From contig NC_083420.1 of NCBI RefSeq assembly GCF_020745735.1, forward strand, positions 23,002,001 through 23,066,000: DNA of 64,000 nt, read 5' to 3'. This DNA comes from Hemiscyllium ocellatum. Lineage: Eukaryota. The notes beneath the pieces were generated by a model. The model was given only the letters and a program-made list of their open reading frames with translations. It ran no database searches and was not told where the DNA came from. The translations under genes were made by a program, and so were the position numbers. Shown here piece by piece: positions 50,101-63,500 of the stretch. The stretch's first letter is position 1. The number at the start of each line of letters is the position of its first letter.

Positions 50101-50994
50101 TATTGCTTTCAAAGACACACCGACTCTAGCTAAAGGTTCAACGGGTTTGTTTCATCATCTTCACCCCCTCAGGATGAGGACCTTTCTACTTCTAGCAGCT
50201 GGAGGGAAAATTGAGCAAGTTTTTGAGGTGCAGCCCAATCTCTCACTTGCAGCCCGAGGTTGGGTTTTTTTGAATGAATTGTTTCACAAGTCGCTTTACA
50301 ACCCAACTACACGTTTTGCTGGCCAATGATACCCTAAATTAGCATCTGAAAAGTGTGAATTTTCCTACAGATGTTAGATGGAAAAAATGAAAGTGTTCTT
50401 CCACTCCAATACAGAAACTTTTTTTGCTAATACATTTTATTTTTTCTCAAAAGTTTAAATTTTGTGTATTGATGAAATTACATGATATTTATTTATTGGG
50501 CTGCTTGTCTCTTTTTTTGTAAATATGTTTTTGTTGAAAATGATCTAGCTTTTCCAAATGGCAGGTGTAGCAGAAAGCTTGAACTTCACATAGCATTATG
50601 GCATTTTATCTGAAAAGTATTTTTCAGACATTTAAAATGTCTTTTGCACTAAGTTTCAGAAGTGCTGTTATCCCCAGGTTAATTTTGATCATAAATTGAA
50701 AGAGAATGTCTCTGTTCAAAATTGCTAAATTCAAATTACAAGTTTGTCATTATCACTTTCTCCATTCACTTATTTGCATCACTTCGTTACTAGATATTTG
50801 AAACTTTAATGTACAAATGACTAGATTAGCTCACTGAAATAGTGTCTTTAATGTCAAAGATCTATTATTAAGTACAAGCCTTTAATGTCATAGAATCATA
50901 CAGCATGGAAACTGACCTTTCGATTCAACCAACCTATGGCCATCATCTAAACTAAACTAGTCCCACCTATCTGCATTTGGCCCATATCATAGAA

Positions 50995-51303
50995 TCACTA
51001 CAGTGTTGAAGCAGGACATTAGGCCCATTGAGTCCACACTGACCCACTGAAGAGCATCCCACCCCTTTAACCTTTCGGTGTAACTCTGTATTTTCTATGG
51101 ATTGTCTGCATATCCCTAGATACTAGGCAATTTAGCATAGCCAATCCACCTAATATATGCACCTCTTTAGGACCATGGGAGGAAGCAGGAGCAGATAAGG
51201 TGAAAAAGTGTAAACTCCACACGATAGTTGCTCGAGGGTGGAATTGAACCTGTGTCTCTGGCACTGAGGCAGCATTGTTACTTGCTGGGCCACCATGCTG
51301 CCC
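50995..51303 (-). mobile_element. V-SINE (older copy)
   Basis: GGTTCAATTCC B box, GTGTGGAGTTTACAC V-domain. Confidence 0.7.
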
Positions 51304-51464
51304 TGTAAATAGATAATAAGTAGCTAACATAAAAAATGCTCTCTTTTTTCATATTTGTAAAGTGATCAAGAAGCTGTTGGGTTGTCTTAACTCAGCTGGA
51401 TCATTAACATCTATTAGTCAAAGAAATTTGCCTCCTTTACTCAGCCTGACTGATTTGATTCTAT

Positions 51465-52158
51465 CTGCAAATGTGTTGCTGGTCAAAGCACAGCAGGCCA
51501 GGCAGCATCTCAGGAATAGAGAATTCGACGTTTCGAGCATAAGCCCTTCATCAGGAATAAGAGAGAGAGCCAAGCAGGCTAAGATAAAAGGTAGGGAGGA
51601 GGGACTAGGGGGAGGGGCGATGGAGGTGGGATAGGTGGAAGGAGGTCAAGGTGAGGGTGATAGGCCGGAGTGGGGTGGGGGCGGAGAGGTCAGGAAGAGG
51701 ATTGCAGGTTAGGAGGGCGGTGCTGAGTTGAGGGAACCGACTGAGACAAGGTGGGGGGAGGGGAAATGAGGAAACTGGAGAAATCTGAATTCATACCTTG
51801 TGGTTGGAGGGTTCCCAGGCGGAAGATGAGGCGCTCCTCCTCCAGCCGTCGTGTTGTTGTGTTCTGCCGGTGGAGGAGTCCAAGGACCTGCATGTCCTCG
51901 GTGGAGTGGGAGGGAGAGTTAAAGTGTTGAGCCACGGGGTGATTGGGTTGGTTGGTTCGGGCGGCCCGGAGGTGTTCTCTAAAGCGTTCCGCAAGTAAGC
52001 GGCCTGTCTCACCAATATAGAGGAGGCCACATCGGGTGCAGCGGATGCAATAGATGATGTGTGTGGAGGTACAGGTGAACTTGTGGCGGATATGGAAGGA
52101 TCCCTTGGGGCCTTGGAGGGAAGTGAGTGTGGAGGTGTGGGCGCAAGTTTTACATTAC
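51465..52158 (-). mobile_element. 5'-truncated, apparently young Penelope-like element with 15-bp TSD
   Basis: Close similarity to 3430-4140 (GIY-YIG end); TSD CTGATTTGATTCTAT at 51450-51464 and 52159-52173. Confidence 0.9.
51523..51558 (-). ncRNA. Minimal type-I hammerhead ribozyme, best-preserved copy
   Basis: ATTC-CTGATGA-A-GGGC-TTAT-GCTC-GAAA-CG-TC-GAAT: 4-bp stem I (ATTC/GAAT), 4-bp stem II, GUC cleavage triplet, ACGT palindrome in place of stem III. Confidence 0.75.
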
Positions 52159-52173
52159 CTGATTTGATTCTAT

Positions 52174-52691
52174 GATGTGGAGGTGCCAGTGTTGGAATGG
52201 GGTGGGCAAAGTTAAATCACACCAGGTTATAATCCAAAAGGTTTATTTGGATGAACTAGCTTTCAGAGCACTGCTCCTTCAGGTAGCTGTGGAGCAGGAT
52301 CATAAGACATAGAATTTATAGCAAACTGTTACAGTATCATGCAAATGAAATGGTATATTGAACAAGCCTAGAGATTGCTCTTAAGTCTTTCATCTTTTGG
52401 AATGGATTGCAGGTTTCAGTTCATAAATATGTAAATCCCAGAACTACTTTTAAGTTACATTCTGGGATTTACATATTAATGAACTCAAACTTGCAACCCA
52501 TTGTAAAAGATCAGAGACAACAGCAATCTAGGTTTGTTCAATATATCATTTCAGATGCATGACACTAATCTTTTGGCTATAAATTCTGTCTTATGATCCT
52601 GCTACACAGTTACCTGAAGAAAGTGTAGCACTCTGAAAGCTAGTACTTCCAAATAAACCTGTTGGACCATAACCTGCTGTTGTGATTTTTA
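52174..52691. mobile_element. Fold-back element of a third PLE-like family, about 480-bp palindrome
   Basis: 52215-52444 is the inverted copy of about 52460-52687; degenerate CTGAAGA...GAAAGCTAG hammerhead-like motif; TSD GATTTGATTCTA at 52161-52172 and 52692-52703. Confidence 0.8.
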
Positions 52692-52929
52692 GATTTGATT
52701 CTAGTTTTGTTCCAATGTGATTGTGGGGCGTTCCAGAGTCAAAGTGGCCTGCAAGTCACTCCTGTATATATAACACAAGACAAATTGAACCCTGCCAGTT
52801 GACTCCCCATCTTTCTGGTTGGTCCGAAGGGCCTGTTTCACACTAAGTAATCTAATCTAATCAGTTGACTCTCAATCATTAATAGTGATGGAATGTGTCT
52901 CCAACAGTGCTATCAAACAGCACTTACTC

Positions 52930-54115
52930 AGCAATAACCTAGTCAATAAATACAGCTTGGGTTCCACCAAAGCAATTCAACTTGAACTCCTTGCAGCCTT
53001 GGTTCAAACACAGACAAAAGAGGTGAGATAGTGACAGCTATTGATATCAAGGCTGCATTCCACTGAGTGAGACATCAAGAAGCCCTCGCAAAACTAGAGT
53101 TAATAGATATTGTGAGGCAGATTGTCTGGTTAGAATCATACCTGCATAAACAAAGATGGTTGTGGTTGTTGGAGGTCAGTCATCTCAGCTCCAGGACAAC
53201 TCTGCTGGAGTTTCTCAGGGTACTGACCTTGGCTTAACCATCTTCAGCTGCTTCATCAGTGATGTTCCTTCCATCGTAAGGTCAGAAGTGGGGATGTTTG
53301 CTGCTGATTGCGTAATGTTCGGCACTATTCGCAACCCCTCAGATGCTGAAGCTTTCCCTGTTCAAGTTCAACGAGATCGGGACAATATCCAGGCTTGTGC
53401 TGACAAGTGGCAAGTCACATTCAAGCCTACACATGCCAGGCAATGACTATCTCCGATAAGACACAATCTAACCACTATCCTATTACATTCAATTTTGTTA
53501 CCATCCCTGAATTCTCCCACTGTCGACTTCCTTGGGGTTACCATTGACCAGAACCTCAGTGGGACTAGTCGCATAACACAGTGGTTACAAGAGTAGGTCA
53601 GAGACTGTCTATCATCTGCAAGGCACAAGTTAGGAGTGTGATGGAGTACTCTCCACTTGCCTGGATAGGTGTAGCTTCAAAGGCCCTTGAGAAGTTTGAC
53701 ACCATTTTGGACAAAGCAACTTGCTTGATTGGCACTACACTCACGAACATCCACACGCTCTGTCACCGACACTCAGCAGCAGTGTGCATTACCTACAGGA
53801 TGCACTGCAGAATTTCACCAAAGCTCTTAGACAGCACCTTCCAAACCCGCAATCAGTTTCATCATGAAGGACATGACAGCAGATACATGGGAACACCACT
53901 GCCTGCACATTCCCCTCAACCACTCACTATCCTGACTTAGAAATATATCACTGCTCCTCCATTGTCACTGAGTCAAATTCCTAGAGCATATGCAAGTGTC
54001 AACCTACAGCAGGTGGACTGCAAATGGTTCAAGAAGGCAGCCCACATCCTTAAGGGTAATTAGGGATGGGTAACAAAAGTGCTGGCCAGCTGACAATGTC
54101 TACATTCCACAAGTG
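52930..54115 (+). mobile_element. Decayed CR1/L2-superclade LINE RT fragment
   Basis: DIKAAF, GVSQGTDLG (PQGSVLG-like), MFAADC (FADD-like), KAQVRSVMEYSP. Confidence 0.8.
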
Positions 54116-54828
54116 AATTAAAATAAAACTTGGCTAATTCAAACTGTTACAAAGAGTTAAGGTGACTTGGAGTTGCCAATTTGCCAGTGATGAGTATGTT
54201 CCCAAGAATGTTTTTTTAAAAAATGGCTAATATACATATTTCCTTATGCAGTTAACTTTGGACCTTATCATTGCTGAAAAATAAGTCAAATCTATCCTAA
54301 GTTTTCTAGTTAAAAACAAGGAATTCACCAGTTTGTAAATAATAGTGTATTTTTGTTTTGATTTCTGCTGGGTTTCTGTGCTGTCTTCTTCCTGCCACAT
54401 TCTATTTGAGAATTTGTTTTTAACCATATTGGAATTTAACTTTCTTGATTAAGGTTTAGGTCAGTTTTCCTGGTTAATTATTTATCAAGCAGCATGAAGC
54501 TTTTAAGACTATGTAGTATTGGACCCAAAGCAGTAACAGTGTATTGTTAACTTCTGAGTGTTGGTGCCCAGTGGACTGATCAGGCTAGTTCTTCAGTTTG
54601 CAAAAAGTGGAAAATAACTTGTACGTGGAAATTTCCAGCTGTAGTGGTGTCATTTTAATTTTGTAAATATGCACAAGAATAGAACAACCATTAGAATGGT
54701 AAATTTTAATCCATACTGACCATTTGAATACAGTGGTACTGAAATTTCTTTGATCAAATATGTGTGATACTTCCTAACATGTGCTGTAGGTTGAAAGCTA
54801 ACAAAGCAAGGGCTGGCATGGTGGCTCA

Positions 54829-55101
54829 GTGGAAACAGGCCCTTCAGTCCAACAAGTTCACACCGACCCTCTGAAGAGTAACCCACCCACACCCATTCCC
54901 CTACACTTACCCCTGACTAATAACCTACACAATGGGCAATTTAACATGGCCAATTTACCTAACCTGCACACTTTGGATTGTGGGAGGAAACCCACCAGAC
55001 ATGGGGAAAATGTGCAAACTCAACACAAACGGTCACCTGAGGCTGGAATCAAACCTGGTGCTGTAAGGCAGCTGTGCTAACCACTGAGCCACCATGCCAC
55101 C
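54829..55101 (-). mobile_element. V-SINE (HE1-like)
   Basis: A box, V-domain remnants, CR1-like tail. Confidence 0.8.
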
Positions 55102-57280
55102 CCTAAGGTTTGAGTTTGCTGTTGGTTTGAAAAAGCTGTTTCAAATTTGTCTGTTCAAAACAGGAAGTGTATAGAATGTATCATGACTTTCACATGGCTA
55201 TTGAAGTTTTTAGGAAAGTCCAATATATCAGCCGGTTGTGACTATGGTAATTGGGAATCAGGATGTAAGTAATTGCATTTCTGATGACTAAATAAATGAG
55301 TAATAGTTTCTGTAGTTGACATGGGTGTGCAGGTGAACTTTAAACCTTTTTATGAATTTGTTTGTAAAATGGTAGGATGAAACATAGTGTGCAAGTGTTG
55401 TTTGATCATTGTAACTGGTTTACTTCCTTGGCTCCTGAATGGTGAGGAGTTAGATAAACAGGCAAGAAGTGTATTTCCCAATATTGTGTATGGGTATGTA
55501 AGGTGTCATCTGTTGATGTATCTAATGTTGTCACTCTGGCAAGTCAACAATGTCCAATGAGCAACAATGATTTAGGAAACAAATTTTAACAACATCACCA
55601 AACATCTTGTTCTATTAAAATCTTCAGTTTCTAAGTACAGTATTGTCTTGTGTGATTTAATACTTTAAATTGTTAACTAGTGTTAAGTTCGTAGATATCA
55701 ATGGAATATATGGCCTGAAGAGCATAAAGCCAGGCAACCCTAGAGATATGGATTGTGGGGATTGAAAGTATGATTTATAATCAAGGCAAATGATGTTTGC
55801 TGACATGTTGTATGATGTGTTAAATTTCATTATTTCCATTATTGCTGTGGGTTTAACATTTTCAATTTTGCATGAGTTGGTAAAACAAAATTTATTTAAC
55901 CTTTCAATGATGTAAACATTTGTCTAAAGTACAATAAACACGTGAAAATAAGGTGTAAACATGTTACATTCCTCTAAAATTGTGTGAATAAGTTAGAAAA
56001 CAGGATGTCAGTTTAAATTTTCCAGTCAATACTAGTGTTTTATACTTCAACTTAGCTAGGTGTCAAACAACAAAGTACATTTTACATCTCAAATGGAGTA
56101 TTGATGCAACTTTATTGATTTGATGTATTAGCCTCCATGTATTAACTATTGATAATTGAATAATATGTTTCACAATCTTGATCTGTAACTTTTGTTCCTT
56201 TTTTCAATTTGATCGCAACTATTCCATGACTGACAAACTGATGGATAATTAACCTTAATTGTTATACACAGTATCTTCTATTGTGGCTAGTTTGGTGATG
56301 CACAGTTAGAATGTACTGTTCAACTGGAACATGTGCCTGCATTTAAGATTGCCGCCATACCAGGCATTCATAATGTTCAAGTAATGCTCACAATTTTCAA
56401 AGTGTTTTAATTGGAATGCACTGTTGGCTACAATAGCTAAGTTCACCCACTTTATTCAGTATTTATTCCTTAGGAATTCAAGGAGTAACTAAGTGTCAAA
56501 CTTAATTATATATTTTTTTAAATGACTGGCTGGGCCCAGTGATTTGTTTTATATTTCAAATGTTCATTTAGTAGTGAATATTTTGTTGCATCAAACTGAG
56601 GACACACATCAGTGCTAAACAGTGGAGTGCATTTCCAGCTTTAGCAACGTATGTTGCGTTTAAGCCTTCCTAAGTCATATACATCACAATCTGTTGCGGA
56701 GATAAGTTTCCTGTAATGTATCCCAGTAATGAGTCTGAGTTGCCACCATCAGTTAAGGATTTCCCTTACCAGGACTGTTGGCTCCTTTAGATTGTTAAAT
56801 TACTGACAGCCAGTTTCAGGTAATGAAGAGTTTTGTAGTTCGAGTTTCTAGATGGATTGACAGTTTGAGCATGATTTCTATCGCTTATAGAGAAAACGTT
56901 CTTCTTGCAGCTTGGCCTAAATTTAAATCTATGCCCTACCGATCATGTCATTCCAGTCTCCTCTCAGTTAAATGTGGGGGTCGTTAAAATGTTGATGTAC
57001 AGTCTTTCTTAAAAGACAAATTGAGATAAAGTGTAACTTGCTTAAGATGGAAGTATAATGGCTATATTATGTACATTGAGAAAAAATAAAATTTGAGATG
57101 AACTGAAAGATATGTAGTTTTCTGTTATCAACATTGCAGCATAAATTTTACTTTGCAATGGATTTTCTGAGAAGAAAGTCATATAATGGTTATGGTTTAA
57201 AAAAACTTTAAGTGGGGGTGGTGGCATGTTGATATTGTCACTAGACTAGTAATCCAGGACCCCAGGCAAATGTTCTGCAT

Positions 57281-57452
57281 AAAGTCAGAAGTCACACGAT
57301 ACCAGGTTATAGTCCGACAGGTTTACTTGAAATCACAAGTTTTTGGAGCTCTGCTTCTTCAGGTGAAGTAGCTACAGAGCAGAGTTCCGAAAGCTTGTGA
57401 TTTCAAGTAAACCTGTTGGACTATAATCTGGTGTTGTATGACTTCGGACTTT
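57281..57452. repeat. 170-bp fold-back, same family as 52174-52691, inserted in a tRNA-derived SINE (about 57215-57780)
   Basis: AAAGTCAGAAGTCACACGATACCAGGTTATAGTCCGACAGGTTTACTTGAAATCACAAG pairs with CTTGTGATTTCAAGTAAACCTGTTGGACTATAATCTGGTGTTGTATGACTTCGGACTTT. Confidence 0.85.
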
Positions 57453-57900
57453 GTCTGCCCCAGCACCTCCATGTAACATTCTGGAGTCATGGATTCAAAT
57501 CCTGCCATGGCAGTTGGCAAAATTTGAACTTAGTAAATAAAAGTTAATCTAATGCTGATCATGTAACCACTATCAATTGGCATAAAAACCCATCTGGTTT
57601 CACTCATGTCCTTTCAGGAAAAGAAATCTGCCACCCTTACGTGGTCTAACCAACGTTTGACTCCAGACCCACAACAATGTGATTGACTGTCAGCTGCCTT
57701 CTGAAATAGCCGAGTAAACCATTGAGTTCAATGGCAGTTACAGATGGACAACAAATGTTGGCTTTGCCAGCAACACCCAAATGCTGTGCAAACATAAAAA
57801 CAAACTTTTTATTTCAATTTTTAAAATCTTAACAGTACACACATGAATGGAAAAATTACAAAGAACTGCTGGAGTAAGGTTGGATGACTTTTTTTAAGTT

Positions 57901-59255
57901 ATAGAGTCATAGAGATGTACAGCATGGAAACAGACTCTTCGATCCAACCGATCCATGACGACCAGATATCCCAACCCAATCTAGTCCCACCTGCCAGCAC
58001 CTGGCCCATATCCCTCCAAACCTTTCCTATTCAGATACCCATCCAAATGCCTCTTAAATGTTGCAATTATACCAGCCTCCACTACTTCCTCTGGCAGCTC
58101 ATTCCATTCACTTACCACCCTCTGTATGACAAAGTTGCCCCTTAGGTCTCTTTTACATCTTTCCTCTCTCACCCTAAACCTATGCCCTCTAGTTCTGGAT
58201 TCCCTGACCCCAGGGAAAAGACTTTGTCTATTTACCCTACCCATGCCCCTCATAATTTTGTAAACCTCTATAAACCTCAGCCTCCGACGATCCAGGGAAA
58301 ATAGCCACAGCCTCTCCCTATAGCTCAAATCCTCCAACCCTGGCAACATCCATGTAAATCTTTTCTGAACCCTTTCAACTTTCACAACGTCTTTCCGATA
58401 GGAAGGACACCAGAATTGCACGCAATATTCCAACAGTGGCCTAACCAATGTCCTGTACAGCCACAACATGACCTCCCAACTCCTATACTCAATACTTTGA
58501 CCAATAAAGGAAAGCATACCAAATGCCGCCTTCACTATCCTATCTACCTGTGACTCCACTTTCATGGAGCTCTGCACTCCAAAGTCTCTCTGATCAGTAA
58601 CACTCCCTAGGACCTTACATTAAGTGTATAAGTCCTGCTAAGATTTTCTTTCCCAAAGTGCAGCCCCTCTCATTTATCTGAATTAAACTCCATCTGCCAC
58701 TTCTCAGCCCATTGGCCCGTCTAGTCAAGATCCTGTTGGAATCTAAGGTAACCCTCTTTGCTGTCCATTACAACTCCAATTTTGGTGTAATCTGCAAACT
58801 TACTAACTCTACCTCTTATGCTCACGTCCAAATCATTTATGTAAATGACAAAAAAGTAGAGGGCCCAGCACCAATCCTTGTGGCACTCCACTGGTCACAG
58901 GCCTCCAGACTAAAAAAACAACCTTCCACCACCACCCTCTGTCTTCTACCTTTGAGCCAGTTCTGTATCCAAATGGCTAGTTCTCCCTATATTCCATGAG
59001 ATCTAACCTTGCTAATCATTCTCCCATGGGGAACCTTGTCGAACACCTTACTAAGTCCATATAGATCACATCTACAGCTCTGCCCTCATCAATCCTCTTT
59101 GTTACTTCAAAAGACTCAATCAAGTTTGTGAGACATGATTTCCCATGCACAAAGCCATGTTGACTATCCCTAATCAGTCCTTACCTTTCCAAATACATAT
59201 ACATCCTGTCCCTCAGGACTCCCTCCAACAACTGGCCCACCACTGAGATCAAGTT
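57901..59255 (-). mobile_element. CR1-type LINE 3' fragment (about 1.35 kb)
   Basis: ORF 57981-58577 LYRTLVRPLLEYCVQFWCP..RTRGHRF..WNELP; FADYT (RT motif); ATCTCTATGACTCTAT tail. Confidence 0.92.
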
Positions 59256-59676
59256 CTCTGGTCCATTACATGGAAGAGCTGGCCTGTTGTTAACTTCAAG
59301 CTGTTAGACCATCACAGAAGTTCATATTTTGAAAAATTACTCCTTTAACACATCAAATATTCAGCTTTATACAGGCTTCTAATCCTGGAAATCTGTAAAT
59401 GAAAAATAGCTGCTTATTAATTTAAAGTCTGTTCACTCTGTACATAAGTAAACCTCATTATTGCTGCAGGTTTTTTGAATAGGAAAAATACCTAGCCTTC
59501 AGATATCCCGTTATGGACACTAACCTTTCATCCTTTCACTCCCAAATCGAGCAACACTTTTTATTTCCCTCTGACAGCTCATTTCTATTGACGCAGTAGG
59601 ATTGATTTCACAATCATACTTTGTGGTTTCTTGAAAGTGATCAAGGATTCAAACATTGGACATTATTTTCCTTGGT

Positions 59677-59972
59677 TGCACGGTGGCTCAGTGGTTAGCA
59701 CTGTTGCCTCACAGCACAAGGGTTCCAGGTTCAATTCCAGCCTTGGGCGACTGTGCAAACTCCACGCAGACATTCTTCCCTGTGTCTGCGTGGGTTTCCT
59801 CCAGGTGCTCCGGTTTCCTCCCACAATCCAAAGATGTGCAGGTCAGGTGAATTGGCCATGCTAAATTGCCTGTAGTGGTAGGCGCATTAGTCAGAGGGAA
59901 ATGGGACTCTTCAGAGGGTTGGTGTGGACTTGTTGGGCCGAAGCGCCTGTTTCCACACTGTAGGGAATCTAA
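59677..59972 (+). mobile_element. V-SINE (HE1-like)
   Basis: A/B boxes, V-domain, GGGCCGAAG..CCTGTTTCC tail. Confidence 0.85.
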
Positions 59973-60589
59973 CCCAGGGCTGTAAGACTAAGTCAACAGT
60001 GATCGGCACAAACTGAGCATTGATCCTGACACTTCCTTGGTTTATATGTCTCAGCTGCCTACTGTATATTTGTCCTTTATAAGTAATGAATAATGTGAAG
60101 AGTTTTGAGACTTTAACATGATAAAATGCCGTTTAAAAATAGAAATAAATCAAGCAAGAAGGTGGAGCTAGATCACAGAGATGAAGAAGATTCAATTCAC
60201 AGCAAAGTATATGCATGCCTTTTTAATGTTTCACATCGGATATAATGCAGAGATATCTGTCATGTTAACTACAAACTAGAAAGCATTTCGTTAAGAATCA
60301 ACACTGCTTTTCTCCCTTCTCCTCACCTACTTTGCCCATTCCTTCATGTATATCTTAATCACTATCAGCACAATAATTTCTGTGTATCATGTTTTCATGA
60401 GATAAGGAGTAGGGCATTCAGTCCTGCTGCTCCATTCCTTAAGGTCTTCACTGATCTTTAACTTCAGGATGATTTTCCCACCCAATCCCCACATTGCTTC
60501 ACTCCCATAGAATCTAATAATCTATTGATTTCAACCTTGATTGTATTAAATAACTGAGCATTCACCTACTTCTGGGGAGGTAAGCTTTA

Positions 60590-63500
60590 AAGACTACTTT
60601 CCCAGTGGCAGGATTATGGGCTTCACTTGGCACTGAAGGACAACTTGGAATGGGAGGGGGGAATCCAGTTGTGTCATTCAAATTGGAACCAGTGACAGTG
60701 ATAGGGTAGTAAGGGAGTTCTCCTGAAAGACTTTGAGCAATTAGGAGCTAAATTGAAAAGCAGAATGCCCAAGATAATAATCTTGGGTTACTACCTGAGC
60801 TATAGGTGAACTGGCATAAAATAAATAAAGTCAAAACTCAAAGATTGTTGTGGGTACAATGGGTTTCAGTTCTTGGGGTACTGACACCAGCACTGTGGTA
60901 GAAAGGAGCTATTCCGGTGGGATGCATTTCAATTGAATCTTGCTAGAATCGTGTCTTGATGAATTGAATGATTAAAGATATAGAGAGGGATTTAAACTAA
61001 TTAGTGGATGAAGGGTTTGGGAGAGGAGCAATGTAGACAACAAAATCAAGAGGATAGAATGCCATTACAGGGTAGCTGCAAGGTTTGGAGCTCAGGTTGA
61101 GGTTTAGGGTAGCTATTTGGGTAATGATACTGAGAGTGGGATAGGAGGGACAAAGTGTACAGATGTAGAAAACATCAGTAAAATAGGATCAAAGGTCTGG
61201 AAGTGGTCAAATATAAAATTAATGGCTCTTAGTTGCAATTAATGTTTGAATTAACAGCCTAAATGCAAGTAAATGGATATGATGTATAGCTATGACAGAG
61301 ACATAGTTACAAGGAACTGGGATCTAAATATTCAAGACTGTGACTTTTCCGTTGACAGGAAGGAAAGGGTGATGAGGTAGCATTGTTAGTACAGGTTAGA
61401 ATAAGTCTGATAGCAAGAAATGATCTTGGATCATAAGGCATTGGACCCATATGAATAGAGGTAAGAAATAACAAGGGAAGAAGGCACAGAAAGGAGTAGT
61501 CTAACTGTAGAAGAAAGTGAGGATTGCACATGCTGGAAATCAGTCAAAAAGTGTGGCACTGGAAAAGCGCAGCAGGTCAGGCAGCATCTGAGGAGCAGGA
61601 CAATCGATGTTTTGGGCATAAACCCATCATCAGGAGCCCAAGTGAGCTGAGAGATAAATAGGAGGGGGTGGGGCTTGGAAGGCGATAGGTAGATGAAGGT
61701 GGGAGGTGATGATAAGGTGGAGTGGATAGGTGGAAAGGAAGATGGACAGGTAGGACAGCTCAAGAGAGTGATGTTGAATTAGAGGGTTGGATCTGGGATA
61801 AGATGGCGGGAAGGGACATGAGAAAATTGGCGAAATCAACATTGATGCCGTGTGGGTGGAGGGTCCCTAGGTGGATGATGAGGCATTCTTCCTCCAGGTA
61901 TTGGCTGTCTTGGATTTGGCAGTGCATGTCCCTGGTGGAGTAGGAAAGGGGGTTGAAGTGGTCAGCCACAAGGCAGTGGGGTTGTTTGGTGCATGTGGCC
62001 CAGAGATGTTCTCTGAAATGTTCCACAAGTTAGCGTCATGTTTCCCCAACGTAGAGGAGACCACATAGAGAGCAGTGGATGAGGTGTTTGGATGTGCAGG
62101 AAAATCTCTGCCGGATATGGAAGGATCTTTTGGGGCCTTGGACAGAGGTGAGGGGGGAGGTGTGGGCTCAGGTTTTACACCTTTTGCAGCTGCAAGGGAA
62201 GGTGCCGGGAGTGGAGGGCGTGGACCTTATAAGCGAGTTGCAGAGGAAATGGTCTCTGCAGAATGCTGTTAGGAGTGAGGAGGAAAACATATCTCTGATG
62301 GTGCAGTCTGACTGTAGGTGCGGAAGTGGCAGAGGATGATGCATTGTAACCGGAGATTGGTAGGGTTGAAGGTCAGGGGGAGGGGGGTCTTCTATTCTTG
62401 TTATGGCTGGAAGGGTGGAGTTCTAGGGTGGCGGTGTGGGAAGTGGAGTTGCTGCACTGGAGGACATTGTTGAGGGGAAATTGCAGTCCTTGAAGTAGGA
62501 GGCCATCTGGGATTTCTGGAGTGAAATTGATCCTCCTGGGAGCTGATGAGGCGGAGGAATTGAGAGTAAGGGAAAGCGTTTTTACAGGAAGGGTTGTGGG
62601 AGGAGGTGTAGTCCACATAGCTGTGAGGGTCAGTGAGTTGAAGTCGATGTCTGTGTTGAGTCAGTTGCCAGAGACGGAAACGTCCAGGAAGGGAAGGGAC
62701 GTGTCCAAGATGGTCCAGGTGCACTTGAGGGTGGAAGGTGTTCGTAAAGTTGATGAACTGTTCAGCCTCCTCATGGGAGAATGAGGTGGCGCCAATACAG
62801 TCATCAGTGTAGCGGAGGAGAAGGTGGGGAATGATGTCAGTTTAACTATGAAAGATGGGCTGTTTCTTGTACCCGACGAAGAGGCAGGTATAGTGAGTGT
62901 CCATGGCTACCCTTTTGGTCTGAAAGAAGTGGGAGGATTCGAAAGAGAAGTTGTTGAAGGTGAGGACCAGTTCAGCCATTGAATGAGTGTGTCTGTGGCG
63001 GTGTACTAGTTGGGTTGGCAGGAGAGGAAGAAACGTAGGGCTTGGAGGCCTTCGTCATGGTGGATGGACATGTACGGGGACTGGATTTCCACGCTGAAGA
63101 TGAGGCATTGGGGTCTGGGGAACAGAAAGTCATGGAGGAGGTGGAGGGTGTGGGTGATGCGCTGAATGTACATGGGACCATGAGGGATAAGACAGTGTCA
63201 AGGTATGAGGAGATAGGTTCGGTGGGGCAGGAGCAGGCAGAGACAATGAGTTGACCAAGGCAGTCAGGTTTTTGAATTTTGGGTAAGAGGTAGAATTGGG
63301 TGCTGTGAGTTTACAGGGCGATGGGGTTGGAGGCTATAGATGGGAGATCCCCTGAGGTGATGTGGTTGTGGATGGTCTGGGAGATGATAGTTTGGTGTTA
63401 GGTGAGATGGTGGTTGAGGGAGCAATAGGAGGTGGTTTCCATAAGTTGGCGCCTGGCTTCAGCAATGTATAGGTCAGTGTGCCAAGCTACCACTGCATCC

